NCBI RefSeq assembly: GCF_006345805.1
Contig: NC_043005.1
Span: forward strand, 27,838,001-27,902,000
Direction of reading: 5' to 3'
DNA: 64,000 nt
Source of the DNA: Octopus sinensis
Taxonomy: Eukaryota
Shown here: positions 35,240 to 49,532 of the stretch, piece after piece
Position numbering within the stretch: position 1 is the stretch's first letter
Layout: the number at the start of each line of letters is the position of its first letter
Notes under the pieces: generated by a model
Databases searched by the model: none
The model's input: only the letters and a program-made list of their open reading frames with translations
Told to the model about the DNA's origin: nothing
Made by a program: the position numbers and the translations under genes

Positions 35240-38200
35240 ATGGCTGTTGATCTGAACAAAGAAAACTGTATTTCCATTGGTTTTTCAAATTGTTGATAAT
35301 ATGTATAGGTTGCAACTTGCAGCAGAATTTGGTGCCCAGGGCAGATGTTGAGGAACTGTCAAGAGACTCATCAACTTTGGTTCAGTAGGTACAGATATGG
35401 TTGAGTGGTTAAGAAGCTTTGTTTTGCAACCATGTAGTTTCAGGTTCAGTCCCACTGTGGAATACCTTGGACAATCTAGCCTTGAGTAGATTTGATAGAC
35501 AGAATGGTGTAAGTGCAGATGTTGAAATTATGTGTGTGGGAGTTTAAATTGTGTCATATACACAGCTCTGTAGATTAAGAGACAATATGAAACCTAATGG
35601 TGTAAAGTTTAAACAACATAACAAATGAGTTAAGTTTGTCAAATTATTTACCTCTTCCTCTGCCTTTTCCAACATATTCATGGCCCTCATGTTGATGTTG
35701 TGACCCAACTTATCCTTAATTTCCTGTAACTTATGAATGCGTTGTTCAGCAGCCACAGGATCATTAACAGTGAAATCATAGGCTGTGTTTGGTTTGCCAA
35801 AGAACTTTTTCTCATCAACAATCCACTCATATTTTTTCAGCCAGTTTTCAACCTGATTAATAAAGACATTTACATAAACAGTTAATTATTGATGTTTACA
35901 TTGGGATAAACAAGAAATTATTTTTTCATAAGGGAAAACGAAACTTTGACATAGTAACAAAATACAGAGAAATAGCTATAGTGAAAACATATTGATTCTT
36001 GCTGTTCCCCAACCATTTGATGATTATCAGCAGAGACCAGTCAACAGTTAAATTAAGACCAGTGGCTCTTGTTAGACACATTGGTCTTGGGGTGTTTCTG
36101 GCAGATGAAACACATGTCCAGAATCCCTTGCACTAAGAAATCAAGTGTGTTATGAACATAAATTCATCATAAAGAAGCTCTTCTATGATGAAACACAACA
36201 GCGACAACAATATTCACATCTGAATATTAAAAATTAATATGCAAGTCATCATTGTAAATATATTCCTTGGCTGACCAAAGCCTCTCAAATGAAATTTGAA
36301 GACAGAAACTGATTGGAAGCCTGCCTCAGGAACTGTTATTGTTGTTGTGTTTGGTAATAGACTTGACTTCTCATTCAGTTAAACACCAACACACGACAAC
36401 TGAACATGGTGAGTGGTTGACTTAATACAACTTAGTTTAACACCTGGTCTTTGGGGACCTGTTACAGGGTCCACTCTGTTGCATTTGGGCTAGATTTCCA
36501 GCTTGAGGCTTACTTACCTTCATCATTCAGAGGCTCTGAAAATGGTTGTGGTTACAAGTTTTCCCAACTGCAAAGTTGATCCAAAATGGCTTCAACAAGG
36601 AGTTGAAACCAAAATTGTTGACTTGATTTGTCATAAGTTTGCAGAAGTGTTGGATTATAAATATAGATAACATTATCAAGCATCCACAGTGATTATTGTG
36701 TATAACAGACACCACAGCATGTATTACAGTAATGGAAGATACGTGAATATATCGTAGATAATCAGATAGTAAGATAGATATACATTTGATGTCATAAATT
36801 ACTCATACATTCTGGAGTGCACACTTACCACACTAGATCCCATACAACAAACACTCACGTGTCGGGGTTTATTGTATACAGTATAACACAGCATCTGTGC
36901 GCTCCAGTATGTTGAAGTACAACCGCCATACTGTAGCCCATACAATAAGTCCCAACATACTGGAGTGCACAGCATGGTATTTCATTAGGGGCAAGGGGCT
37001 TCTGAAATTATATCAAATCATTTGAATAACTACCCTTGTGCCACTGATCTGCTCAACTGGAGCTGGCATAAGGCTAACAGGGGACTGTAATAGCAGCCAA
37101 ATCCCTCCAAAATTATACCATGCCATTTTAAAAGATAAAAGAGGTATTTTAGACAGCATAATCCTAGATGGGTAGTAATGGCTTTAATGTCTTTGATCGT
37201 AGTTTTGCTTTTTTAGTGTCAACAGTTAACCTGGGGAAACAACAACATAAAAAAAATGTTAAAACAACAACTTAACGATTTACCTGTGATGTTGTGTCTT
37301 TAGATTCCTTTTGCAACTTGCTACGCTTATGTTCCAATTCCTGATTCTCCAAGTCAATTTTTTTGGCTTTCTCCTGAAAAGCTTTTAGACTTTTGGTAGC
37401 ATTCCGGATCTCTGTGTTACAATCATTCAATAGCTCCTTCTGTTTGTTCACATTGTCCTGTGCCTCTTTTACAGTGGCCTGTCACAAACACAAAACAAAA
37501 AACATCTCAGTGTTAGTTCTGTTGATAGATACACATTCATCATTGTATGGTACATGTAAATGTACATTGTGTGTGTGTGTGTACATACACACACACATTA
37601 CTGTGCATGGGTATATAAGCATTAAAGCATACATATCAGTATGTGTGTATATTGTAAAGTGGTTGGCATTTGGAAGGGCATCCAGCTGTAGAAACTATAC
37701 CAAAATTTACCTCACCTGTTCTGGTGCCATGTAAAAAGCACTCAACCCAATCTGGAGGGGGGTTGGTGTTAGGAAGGGCATCCAGCCATAAAAACTGTGT
37801 TAAAACAGACTTAGAGGTAAGGTGCAGTCTTCTGCTTGGCCAGCTCCTGTCAAACCGTCCAACCCATGCTAGCATGGAAAGCAGACTTTAAATGATGACG
37901 ATGAGTATATACACATTAGAGTCTACATGTTGGGGTGTGTGTGTGTGAATGTATACAGGGTGTAGTTAGTGAGTGAGCATATGTATTCCTTTTCTTTCTC
38001 ACTACCACCACCATTAGGGACAAAAAAAAGAAAAAAGGACCCCCTTTGGTCATGAATGACCATGAAGTTGTACCAAGAAAGTTCTCACAGGAGCAAGTCT
38101 GAGCAAAGTTGTTTATGGAAGACCAGTAGTTGCCCATGCACACCAGCCTTCCCTCTCCATGCCACCAATGTTGTCCAAGGGAAAGGCACCAGTCATGTCG

Positions 38201-41200
38201 CAACTCATTTCTTCAGCTGAGTGAACTGGAGCAACGTGAAATAAAGAGTCTTGCTCAAGAACACAACACACAGCCTGGTCCAGAAATCGAACTCACTATC
38301 TCACGATTGTGAGCCTGACACTCTAACCAGTGAGCCGGATGCTTTCACCACCATTAGCACCATCCAATTTAATAGAAAGGAATCTCAGTAATAATTTTCT
38401 CATTATATGAATTGTGATTGATACAACCAAGGTATAAGCACAAGAGCAGAATTCATCATCATCTAATGTCAACTCTTCCATACTTGCATGGGTCAGATGG
38501 AATTTATTGAAGTAGATTTTCCATAGCCAAATGTCCTTCCTGTTATCAATCCTCACCTGTTTCAAGGCAAGCTAATATTTCCCCATGAACCAGAGATATT
38601 TTCTATGGATGACAGGAAACGAACAACATTGCTTGTACCACATTGATGTTCATTCACAACCGCCTTATGATATCAATACAAGGGTACGCACAAACACATG
38701 TACAATGGGCTTCTTTCAATTTCCATCTACCAAATCCACTCATGAGGCACAATGTGTCATCCAGTGAGTCAGAACCTGAGACCACATGGTTGAGAAGCTG
38801 TGCAAGGCTATGTTAGTTTAATATATCTTACCTGGCACACAGTTAATTTCTCTTCAATTTCTTTCAGCTCAGAACTGTAAGTGTCCAGAACTGTGGCAAC
38901 ACTTTTAAGTTGTTCTTCATATGAAGTCACTTCCTTCTGCAGCTCCACAATCTCAAGTTTCACAGTGTCAATATGCTACAATAATAATAATAATAATAAT
39001 AAAATATAAAGACCTGGAAGTAGAGGTAACTCGAATGTGGAGCCTAAAAACAGAAACAATTCTTATCATAAAAGGCACATTAGGTATAATAAAAAAAATA
39101 TTCAGAATAATACATAACAAAAACACCAGGACTAACAAATATATATAACATACAGAAAATAGCACTACTAGGCAGCACACACATCCTATGTAAAACACTT
39201 TCAATACAGTAGCCATAAGAGCATCACAACAAACCACAGCACATATCCAAGGCACACAGAGCTGCACTCAGTTGTGTAGTGAAAGCACAGGATAAAAATA
39301 AGACTACTGAATAATAATAATAATATTAATAACAATAACAATAACAATAATAATAATAATTCTGCCACAAGGGCAGCTTAGTGGAGGTGGGTATGAGTCG
39401 ATTACCTCAACCCCAGTGTTCAACTGGTACTTATTTTATCGACCCCGAAAGGATGAAAGGCAAAGTCGACTACAGCAGAATATGAACTCAGAACGTGGTG
39501 ACTGATGAAATATCACTAAGCATTTCATCCAGTGTGCTAACCATTCAGCCAGCTCACAGCCTTAATATATTAACAACAATAACAATAGTTTCTGATTTAG
39601 GCATAATGGAAATGCAACCTATGTTGCAAATAGGCATACAAGTGTATCAGACTGTGGACGAAATAAAATGGGCTTGCGGGCACAATTGCGCCCATGGGTG
39701 GGGGCTTTCCCAACCCTTCTCTAAATGGTCACCCAATTTGCAAAAAATAGCAACCAAATACCCATGAAGTAAGCCTGTCTTATAAAAGGGAAGAAAAGAA
39801 GCATACATTAGATTATGTAAGAGTTCTAGGTACACTATCCCTGAGTTGTGATGCTGGATGGAACACCTGTGATTATAGGACTGCTTTGCCAGAGCTAACC
39901 TGTAGATAAAAAGTAATTTTCTCCTACATGACACAGTTTAAACTAAACCTTAACCACTCAACTCAGTTTAAGAGTTCATTGGTCCTTTTGATACCAACCC
40001 ACCTGAGACTCACACTGGGTCTGTCACACAATTTCTTTGTTTTAAAATTATTTAAATTAAAACTTTTCATCAAAATTTCATGTTAATTTATGTTCCAAAT
40101 ACCAGCTTAATAATAGCAAAATTGCTTTATTAATTTTTTTCCATTATTTTCAAAAGTAATTGAGACAAAAGCAGTGTATTTTAACAGAAATGATAACAAA
40201 AAAATGCAAAGATTATGAGCAAGGTGCCCTTCAACCTCAACTGCACAAACAACAACACAGATGATAGAATTTTTTAAAAATTAATTAAACTAAGAGGAAA
40301 ACACCAACCTGTTGCTTTTCCTTCATCAATTTATTGGACTCTTGCATTTGTTTCTGTATTTTGTTAAGGTTAGCTTCAGCTTGCTTTAATTCATTTTCTC
40401 GGATTTTATCAGCATTCTTGATTTTAAATTCAAGATCTTTCACTTTTTGTTTGGCTTTCTTGTTTACTTCTCCAGCAGTTTGGACAATGGCTTTCTGTTC
40501 CTCTAAAATCAATAACCAGTCAATCAATCAATCTCTGATCATGTCTGTTTCTACTGGGACAAGCCAAGCTGTCCTCAGATTCAGAATGCAAATTATGTGG
40601 CCTCCTCATTTTAAAGACAATATCCTTATCATTTAGTGCCTACATTAAATGCTGGTATGGGTTGGGCATTTGACAGGACCTGATAGGGAATACTGTGTTG
40701 AGTACCCATAGCAGTTTTGGCATGGTTTCTTCCGAATGTCAACCACTTTACAGTGTGTACTGTGTGCTTTTTCATGTCACAAGATAAGACCCCTTGATTG
40801 AAGGCAGGTAGCAGTTCAAAACAAGGTTAAATGAATATTTATAAACATGAATGCTTTCTCACTAAAAGTTAAACCTCCACAATTATTCAAGCAAAATTAG
40901 TAGAGTGAACATTAATAAGCACTTTATAAAAAATTTGCCCAAAACTAACTTCGCTTGTGCCAGTACCACATAAAAAGCACTGAGTCCACACTGTGAATTG
41001 GCTGGAGTTAGGAAAGGCATCCAGTCGTAAAATTCCTGCTAAAACAGACACAGTAGCCTAAGGTAGTTTTTCTACCGGCCAGCTCCTGTCATCTGTCTTA
41101 CCCATGCATGCATGGAAGATGGACGTTAAACAATGATGATGATTGTGTAACAGCTTTTCTCAAACAATTCTTACTAAATCATAAGACATTTTTTGCCCAC

Positions 41201-44200
41201 AGCATGTATTGGACAAGAGTTATTGGAGGGATAGTATTCTATGGCTGGATGTCTTTCCCCCCACCAACCCTTGTTTTTTAAGTAAAGTATTTTTACTGCA
41301 CTGGTTTATATATATATATGGAAAATCCACAAAGCTGGGAGATATTGTTTACAAGTGACAATGTGAAGACATGTAGAAACACACACACATTATCATCATC
41401 ATTCTAATGTTTACTTCTACTTGCTTGTATGGATAGGACAGGACTCGATACTCTTTTACTTGTTTCAGTCATTTGACTATGGCCATGCTGGAGCACCGCC
41501 TTTAGTCAAGCAATGTTGGGGAGACAAACACAAAAACATATACATATATATGACGGGCTTCTTTCAGTTTCTGTCTACCAAATCCATTCACAAGTCTTTG
41601 GTTGGCCCGAGGCTATATTAGAAGACATTTGCCCAAGGTGCCACGCAGTGGAACTGAACACGGAACTATGTGGTTGGTAAGCAAGCTACTTACCACCCAC
41701 CCACTCCTATGCCTATAATGGAATTAATTCTGATTCTTTTGTGGTGTGTTTAATAATTTTCATAGAAATGTATCTATTGCTCCCCCTACCACATCTATTG
41801 TCCTCAGCACCAATAAAAAATTTTTCATATCCCTCATGGAACAGTACAGCCTACCTGAACAAGCACTAATTTAATGTTTTACTAAGTCCAGTGTTAACAT
41901 TGATGCTAGTGATAACAGAGAAAGATGTAGTGTACCCACCAATAGTCTTTTCCAAGGCATTGATTTCCTCCAGCTGCTGATGATGTGATGTCTGTTCAAG
42001 TCTAGTTTTCAATAATTCAGTTTCATGTTGTTTCAACTCAAATTCATTCTTCAGTTTATTATATCTAAAACATTGGCAACACAAATTCTTTATAAACTTT
42101 ACATTAAGGCCCTCATCATTGTCTTCATCATTATCTCATTTATTAAAGACATTTCAACAGAAAAGAACATCAACCCTTTCCTCCCAAACCACGTATTATG
42201 ATACAGTATCAACCATGAGTTAAAGACCGAGGTTCTGAGGTTTATATATATATACATACACACATAAAGAGGAATGACCACTAGGTGGATTCTTAATCTG
42301 CTAAAGGTAGACCCCATATGGTCTGACCACTAAGAAAAATTGTTCTAAAGAAAATTCAGGAAACGCCAGAACATAAAGTGAGCAAGATAAATGAAAAGAT
42401 ACGAAATATGGTGATTAGTCACATACTATGATTTCATTATTACCATTTACATTACGTAAATGTCTGCAAATCCTCAGTGTGACCGTCACAGAAAATATAA
42501 TTTGCAGAACTATACACGAGATGTCCTCCCGAGAGAGAACATGCATAGAGTTCTATCAATTATAATTAAGGTTATATTTCAAATGTCTTTGTTTTGGCAC
42601 ACCAAAGCCGGAAATGACTCTGCAGAAAATAATTTTCTGCATCGAAGCCTGCCGATTAGAGAACATTGTTATTTAAATTTATATATATCTTTTATGCTTT
42701 ACTTGTTTCAGTCATATTCATTTACCAAATATTAATCAACACAATGCTAATTTGCTAAATTACATAATACTGATTTTTTAATGCTGTCTGAAGGTCATAA
42801 ATTTAGATGTGGAGGTGAAGTCAAATAAATCAACCCCAGCAAGATTTGAACTCAGAATATGTATGGATGTAGCTGATGACAAGATGATTTGTCAGCCAGC
42901 ATGACAATTCTACCTTCCACTTAATGATAATAATTGACATCACCATTTCAAAAATATTCTCTGCTTTACAATCATTAAAACAACAACAAGGTACTCACGT
43001 CCCTGACATCTTCTGCAATGCATTCAGTTCAGCTTCTATTTTATTGAGAAGGTTTTTCTTCTCAACTAATTCCTTCTCAACTTCGGTTAGTTCTTGTAAT
43101 TTCACCAAGATTGAACTATTTTGTGGCCGAGAACCTGGATAAACATATAATATAAAGCATTAATTATCATCCTCAACATGGTTACAGACAAGCATATAAT
43201 GTGTGTGTGTCTATTACTGATGTGCCATTCCATCAATGTGATCTTCTATCTTCAAACCTAGTTTATTTCTTTCATCTACCACTACCAATATCACTGCTAC
43301 TTTGAACAATCACTCAGTCACGGTCACTTTTTATTCTGTCATCATTTAATGTCTGTCCTCCATGCTGGAACAGTTGAATATTTGACAGAATCCCAACATG
43401 CCAGAGAACTATGTTAAGCTCTTATGTTTCAGCAAGGTTTCTACAACCAGATGCTCATCCTAACAGCAAGTACTTTACAGAGTGTACTGGATGCTTTTTC
43501 TTGTGACACCACTACTAGTGGGGTAGCCAAGAAACCAGAAAGATGAAAAAAAAAAAAAGACCACTCGACTGAGTGGGGTCATAGTAGAAAGGGAGATGGT
43601 TCTATGTCAAGTGTTGCGAGGACAAGCATAGGTGTCTTGCTGTAGAAGCAAATCCATCATTACTCTTGAGATACAAGAAGGTTAGTATAAGAAAGAATAC
43701 AGCATATATCAAACATGTTAAGCCTTTTACTATCAAAGCACTCGTGGTCATAAGACACAAATTGCCCTTACCACCCAGATTCAACTATTCATATTTAAAC
43801 CAAAATATTGATCTCATCACTTTGAGATAATAATACAAGATTTCAAATCAGTCTAAATTGAAGATTATTTTAAGAAATATTGCAGCAAAATTATTAACTT
43901 GCAAACACATTAATGGCAGAAATGTTTTACATGTGTATATGTGTGTCTGTGTGTTTCTATCTAGCAATAATGGTTATGAGAGATGAAACAGAGTTGATAA
44001 AAAATATTGTAAGTATACACAATAAACTTGTAAAGTTGATGTTAGATATCTTACAAAATATTTTATCAGGATGGAGGATAAGAATAGACATGGTACAAAG
44101 ATATAATAAACATGTGGTGGAAAGAACTAGTATGATAAAGACAATATGATTTGGTAGCATACAGTTGAATAGCTGAGTGAACATATATTAACATTTAACA

Positions 44201-47200
44201 CCTTTTTTTCTATGCTGGCATGGGTGGAACAGGCTACGTAGATAATAACAATAATCATTCCTTCCACTTCTATCACTCTGAGGTAACTAACAAATCTTAA
44301 AAACGGAGAATACCTGACTGTGCTTTCTAACTGTAAGTTCGGTAAATTGGCAAGCTTTCTAAATAGAGCACAAAACAAAACAAAGAAAAAAGAAAAGCTA
44401 ATCCCTTACCCCCTGTAAGGGTTCCTGCAGGGTTAAATGACTCCCCATCTAGTGTTACACTTCTCTTCATGATGGCCTCATGAAAAGTGACTGTTTTAGC
44501 AACTCCCATATCTTTACAGACAAAGCTGGTGCCAAACACATATTCCATGGCAGCAGACAATTCTTTCTCATAACCAATCAATGAGAGAGCTGTGTGAACA
44601 TTCTCTTTTCCAACCTAAAACAAAATTAACAAAGGTTTTTAATTAATAAACAAGTCAATAATTACTAGGTTTGGTTGACGAAACATCCAAAACAACATTA
44701 AAATATATAATAATTAAACCTTGTGATTTATTGGTTATATCAAACAGATATTTCAGAGCACAATTTAGCAAAAAAAAAAAATGTTCTTACATCATGACAC
44801 AATAATGGAAGTTTTATAGATTGCAACCTCACATTAGTACTCATGTTAATAAGATTTTAGTTGAGATTTTAATTAAAATATCAGCAGATTGTATTGTAAA
44901 GTTTAATTTAATAAGAAAATTTTTAAAAAGTGTAACAGTAAATTAATCCTAATTATTATATTCTAAATCATCAGAATCCATAAAATTAATTATTATCTGG
45001 AGAGGGTGCAGGTTTGTGACATGTAGATTAGCATGTGGGATAAAATTCAGCTTTGCATGCTGGTGAATCATACCTCAATTTCACAGAGCCAGGACTGTTC
45101 ACAGTAAAGAGTTACACCTTGATTTGCCTACTAACACCTAGAATACCTGGGGTTATAGACAGGACAATACTAATCACAGGTCACAAACCTTCAATCACCC
45201 AGTTTGTTTGCCCGGTACAACACTCTCTGAAGCATCCTTACTCTCAAAATAATTAAGATGATATAGAATGAAGTGACATATTCCAGACTATGTACACGAG
45301 CCTCCACATCCTATTCATTAATAGTCCACTCCATCATTCACTGGACATCAGTAGAGACCCCTGTTTCTCTCCTACCATCAACCACAACATAACTACCAGT
45401 GATACATACCAACTTTTCAGCTTTCTTAACAGCATCAGGATGAATTTTAGATCTTACAATCTTGTCCAGTGGAATTATTGTATAACGCCGCTTCAGCTGA
45501 CCATTCTGAACCAATTTTTTGCCCACAATTTCATTGTCCACAACAATATTATACAGCTGTAAGATAGAATACAATAATAACAAATTAAAAACAAACAAAC
45601 AAAACAATAATATTTTATCTTTTTGACAGCAATCCACATAAGACCACCCTTGCTTCTATGATACATGCTTTCTAGTTTTAAGTAATCTAAATTAAAAGAC
45701 TTCCATCAAAATTTTCTGTCAGTTTATATTCCAAGCTCTATATTAATAATGGCAGATATTTTATTTAGTTTTTCGTCATTTTCAAGATTAATTGACACAA
45801 AGACTGTATTTTAATGTCCAAATATGATAGCAAAAGAATTAATATTTTAAGTGTTGTTCTAAAGTAATGAGATCAAGTTTCTATTTTGAAGCCACATCAC
45901 ATGTCTTACTTCTATTCTTGTACTGATAGCAATAGATCAAATAATAACATCATGTCTCCATTCATTCATTCATGTTTATCAACCCCCACAACCTCAAGAG
46001 CCAATCCCTATCACTTGTAATGATATAGTCATTTGGGAGCATGGGAGAGAAAGGGCAGTGACCCTGATCCTTTTCAGGACTTCCATGACTCTTGGGAGAA
46101 AGAGAGGAAGTTATCTCACTGGACACTGGACCTAAATCCTTACAACAGACTGGACTCCTTTAAAGGTACAAAAAGGCCAGCACAAGTTGTTAAACTGAGT
46201 AACAGATCAAGTCTACTACCAGAGGCTAGGAACAGTTCCTTCACTATCTTCTATAAGTTCCTTTATTGAAATTTCAATTCCCACCCTTTTCCTGTCTTGC
46301 AACTTACATGGCAACATTTACTGATTGAAAGGATTCAATATTGGTGATAGAGAATAATTGTATATAAACACAACTTGATTATAACTTCAAATTCCCTCTC
46401 TCACAATCATACACACACACAAAACATACATATATACTACAAAGAAATAACAAAGAACTCACCTTACTTCCTGCAACTACTTCCAGAGCTGTACCAGTCT
46501 CTGGAGAGTTCACCCTGACAAGTTTACACAGAAGACCATGGACAGTACTTCGATTAAAATTTCTCTCAGGATCTTTATACTCAAAGTTCAGCTGAGGAAA
46601 TCTGCAAGAGAGATTAGACATATTATACATGCACCCTCATGCACATGTATGTGTGTGTGTGATGTAACTAGGGGCAAGGAAATGAAAATAGATATGCTGT
46701 GTACAAATGGAGAACCCCAAGCAAAACATTATGTTCAAGCGTATAACCTGGCACATGTTTAAAATTTATATAAAATTGTCAATAAGTACACCAAACTATC
46801 CCTGCAACGTGTGGGATGTTGTATAGTTATGTGTAGACACTAGAAACTTGTTACTATGTGTAGTGTTATACACAACTGGCTAGAGTTTGTAGGGTTTTTT
46901 TTTCTTATATCAATGCGTTCAATTTTTGTTTCATGAACAAATATCTCTCTCCATATAAACGGCAGTTTGTGTGTCTGTGTGTCTGTTAGGTTGTACCCTC
47001 ACCCTGACCACAGCTTTCAACCGATTCTGATGAAACTTGACACACACATAGCCCAATGTCATAATTCAAAACTAACGCAGCGAAAATTTTGAAAAGTTCC
47101 CCCGGTTCTGAAAAAAGTCGATAAATTCGACATGGGGTCGAGAATCAGAAACACAAACCACAGACTGTCTAGGGGACGCAACTCGACCTTTTTAACTCTC

Positions 47201-49476
47201 AAAAAAAATTTACCATAATTTTTTTTCCATTTTTTTGCTATAACTCTCTAAAAATGCTTTATAGTTATTTCCCTTACAAACCTGAGCAACGCCGGGCGAT
47301 ACTGCTAGTAGAGATATAAAAAAAAACAGTTCAAACAAAGTAACAAATAATTTTCAAATCAAATACAGCTGAACTAGATCATCATCATTTAACATCCGTT
47401 TTCCATGGTGGCAAGGGTCAGACGGCTTCACAGGAACTGGTATGGCCAAGGGCTATGCCAGGTTCCAGAGTCTGTTCTGGCTTGGATACTTTCTATGTCG
47501 CACCATTACAGGTGCTTTTTAAGAGCAACAGCAAGAAAATGAAACATAAATGTAAGAAAGAAAACAGGAATAGAAACAGTTCTGTATCCAAAGATGGCAC
47601 ATAAAAAGTACCATTCAAGTGTGGTCGATGCCAGAGCCGCCTGACTGGCTCCTGTGCTGGTGGCATGTAAAAAGCACCGTTCGAGCATGGTCAATGCCAG
47701 TGCCACCTGACTGGCCCCTGTGCTGGTGACACATAAAAAGCACCCACTACACTCTCAGAGTTGTTGGCGTTAGGAAGGACATCAAGCTGTAGAAACGTTG
47801 TTAGATCAGATTGGAGCCTCATGCAGCCTCCTGGCTTGCCAGTCCTCAAACAGTCCAACCCATGCCAGCATGCAAAGTGGACGTTAAACGATGATGATAT
47901 GAGCATGGTAACATTAGAAATTGTGGACATACTTGGCTTCAAGTGTTTCTGTCTTTTCCTGAAGTTTCTGGACTTCTTGAAACAAGCGCTTTCTCTCAGC
48001 AGAGATAGTCTTCACTTTTTCTTCATCATAGTTCAGCTTCTTTAATTCCATCTAAAAATAATAATGATGAAAATAAAAATAATAATTCTTTCAAAATTTT
48101 GGCAAGAGATCAACAATTTTGAGGAGACTGGGTAAGTCAATTACTTGACTAATATTTTATCAATCCTGGAATGATGAAAGATAAAGTTAGCCTTGGTGGG
48201 ATTTGAATTCAGAATGTAAGGAGCCAGACAATACCACAAGGCATTTCTCCAACTCTCTAAAAGAGGCAAAAGTCAAACATTTTAAGGGCAGAGAGACAAT
48301 CAAATTGATCCTGGCAGAATGAGAAGCTTCCAGTGGGATTTGAAATCAAAATTTAAGAGGGTACGAATAATCATTTGCAGGACAATGATGAGGAGGAGAG
48401 AGGAAGATATCTAAGTGTCACTCACCTGAAGTTTATTAAGACTGTCCTGCATTTTATTGTATTCAATTTGGTCTTTCTTGTAACTCTGCTCTGTCTTTTT
48501 CAGTTCTGGTGATTTCTTTTTCAACACGTCCTGACTGTGTTTCAATCTGAGTAAGATGATAGAAGAGACTGGAGATAAGACAAATGACTAAAGAATGAAA
48601 ACTAAAGATGACGGATGACTGAAGACAGATGCCTAATGATAAGATAAAGGCAAACTGAAAGTAAATGACTAAAGATGGTGGACGTCTGAAGACTAATGGG
48701 ATAATTCTTTGTTTATCTAACAAAACAATACCTGTAAGGAGAGTAGAGTACTGAATTCACTACCACAACCATCGTGGGTTCAAAGTTTAGTAGAGCCATT
48801 TGTTGTAATTCTTAGCACATAATCATTCTGCCTGCCAACCTCAGGCACTCAACAGCACAAGAAACAACTGATTATGCTGATGCCCCCATTACATAACTGT
48901 TGTAACACAGTTAACTACAATATAATATTAAAGGTATGGCTGTGGTTGAGAAGCTTGCTTCCCAGCTATGTAGTCTCAGGTTCAGGCCCTCTGCATGACA
49001 CCTTGGGCAAGTGTCTTTACTACAGGCCCAGACCAACCAAAACCTTGAGTGGATTTGCTAGATGGAAACTGAAAGATGCTTACTGTGAGTGTGTGTGCGC
49101 GCGTGTGCCTTTATTTTGACATCATGTGGTAATTTTAAAAGCAAATCACCATCATACAAGCAATGTCATTTGTCTCCAGCCTCACATAAGAAACATATCT
49201 GGCCAAGGGGAAATATCAATCCATCTGGATACAAGTGAGGTTTGGTGACCGGAAGGGCATCAGGCTGTTGAAAATTTGCTTCAAAAAATTCTATCTGACC
49301 CATGCAAGTATAGAAGGAAAAGTGGAAGTTAAATGGTAATGATGGCAAATGGTGAGGAGTAACACACAAATAGGTGTAATAAAACTTTAGATTCCAAAGT
49401 GAATCTCTTTTCTTCCACCCCAGAAGATACTAAACTTACTTGGTAGCACAAAATATTGTCATTATATATATATACG

Positions 49477-49532
<56 letters not shown>

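Noticed and set aside
47027-47040. CTGATGA-AAC motif
   Set aside because: It lies inside the Helitron-like element with no hammerhead stems.
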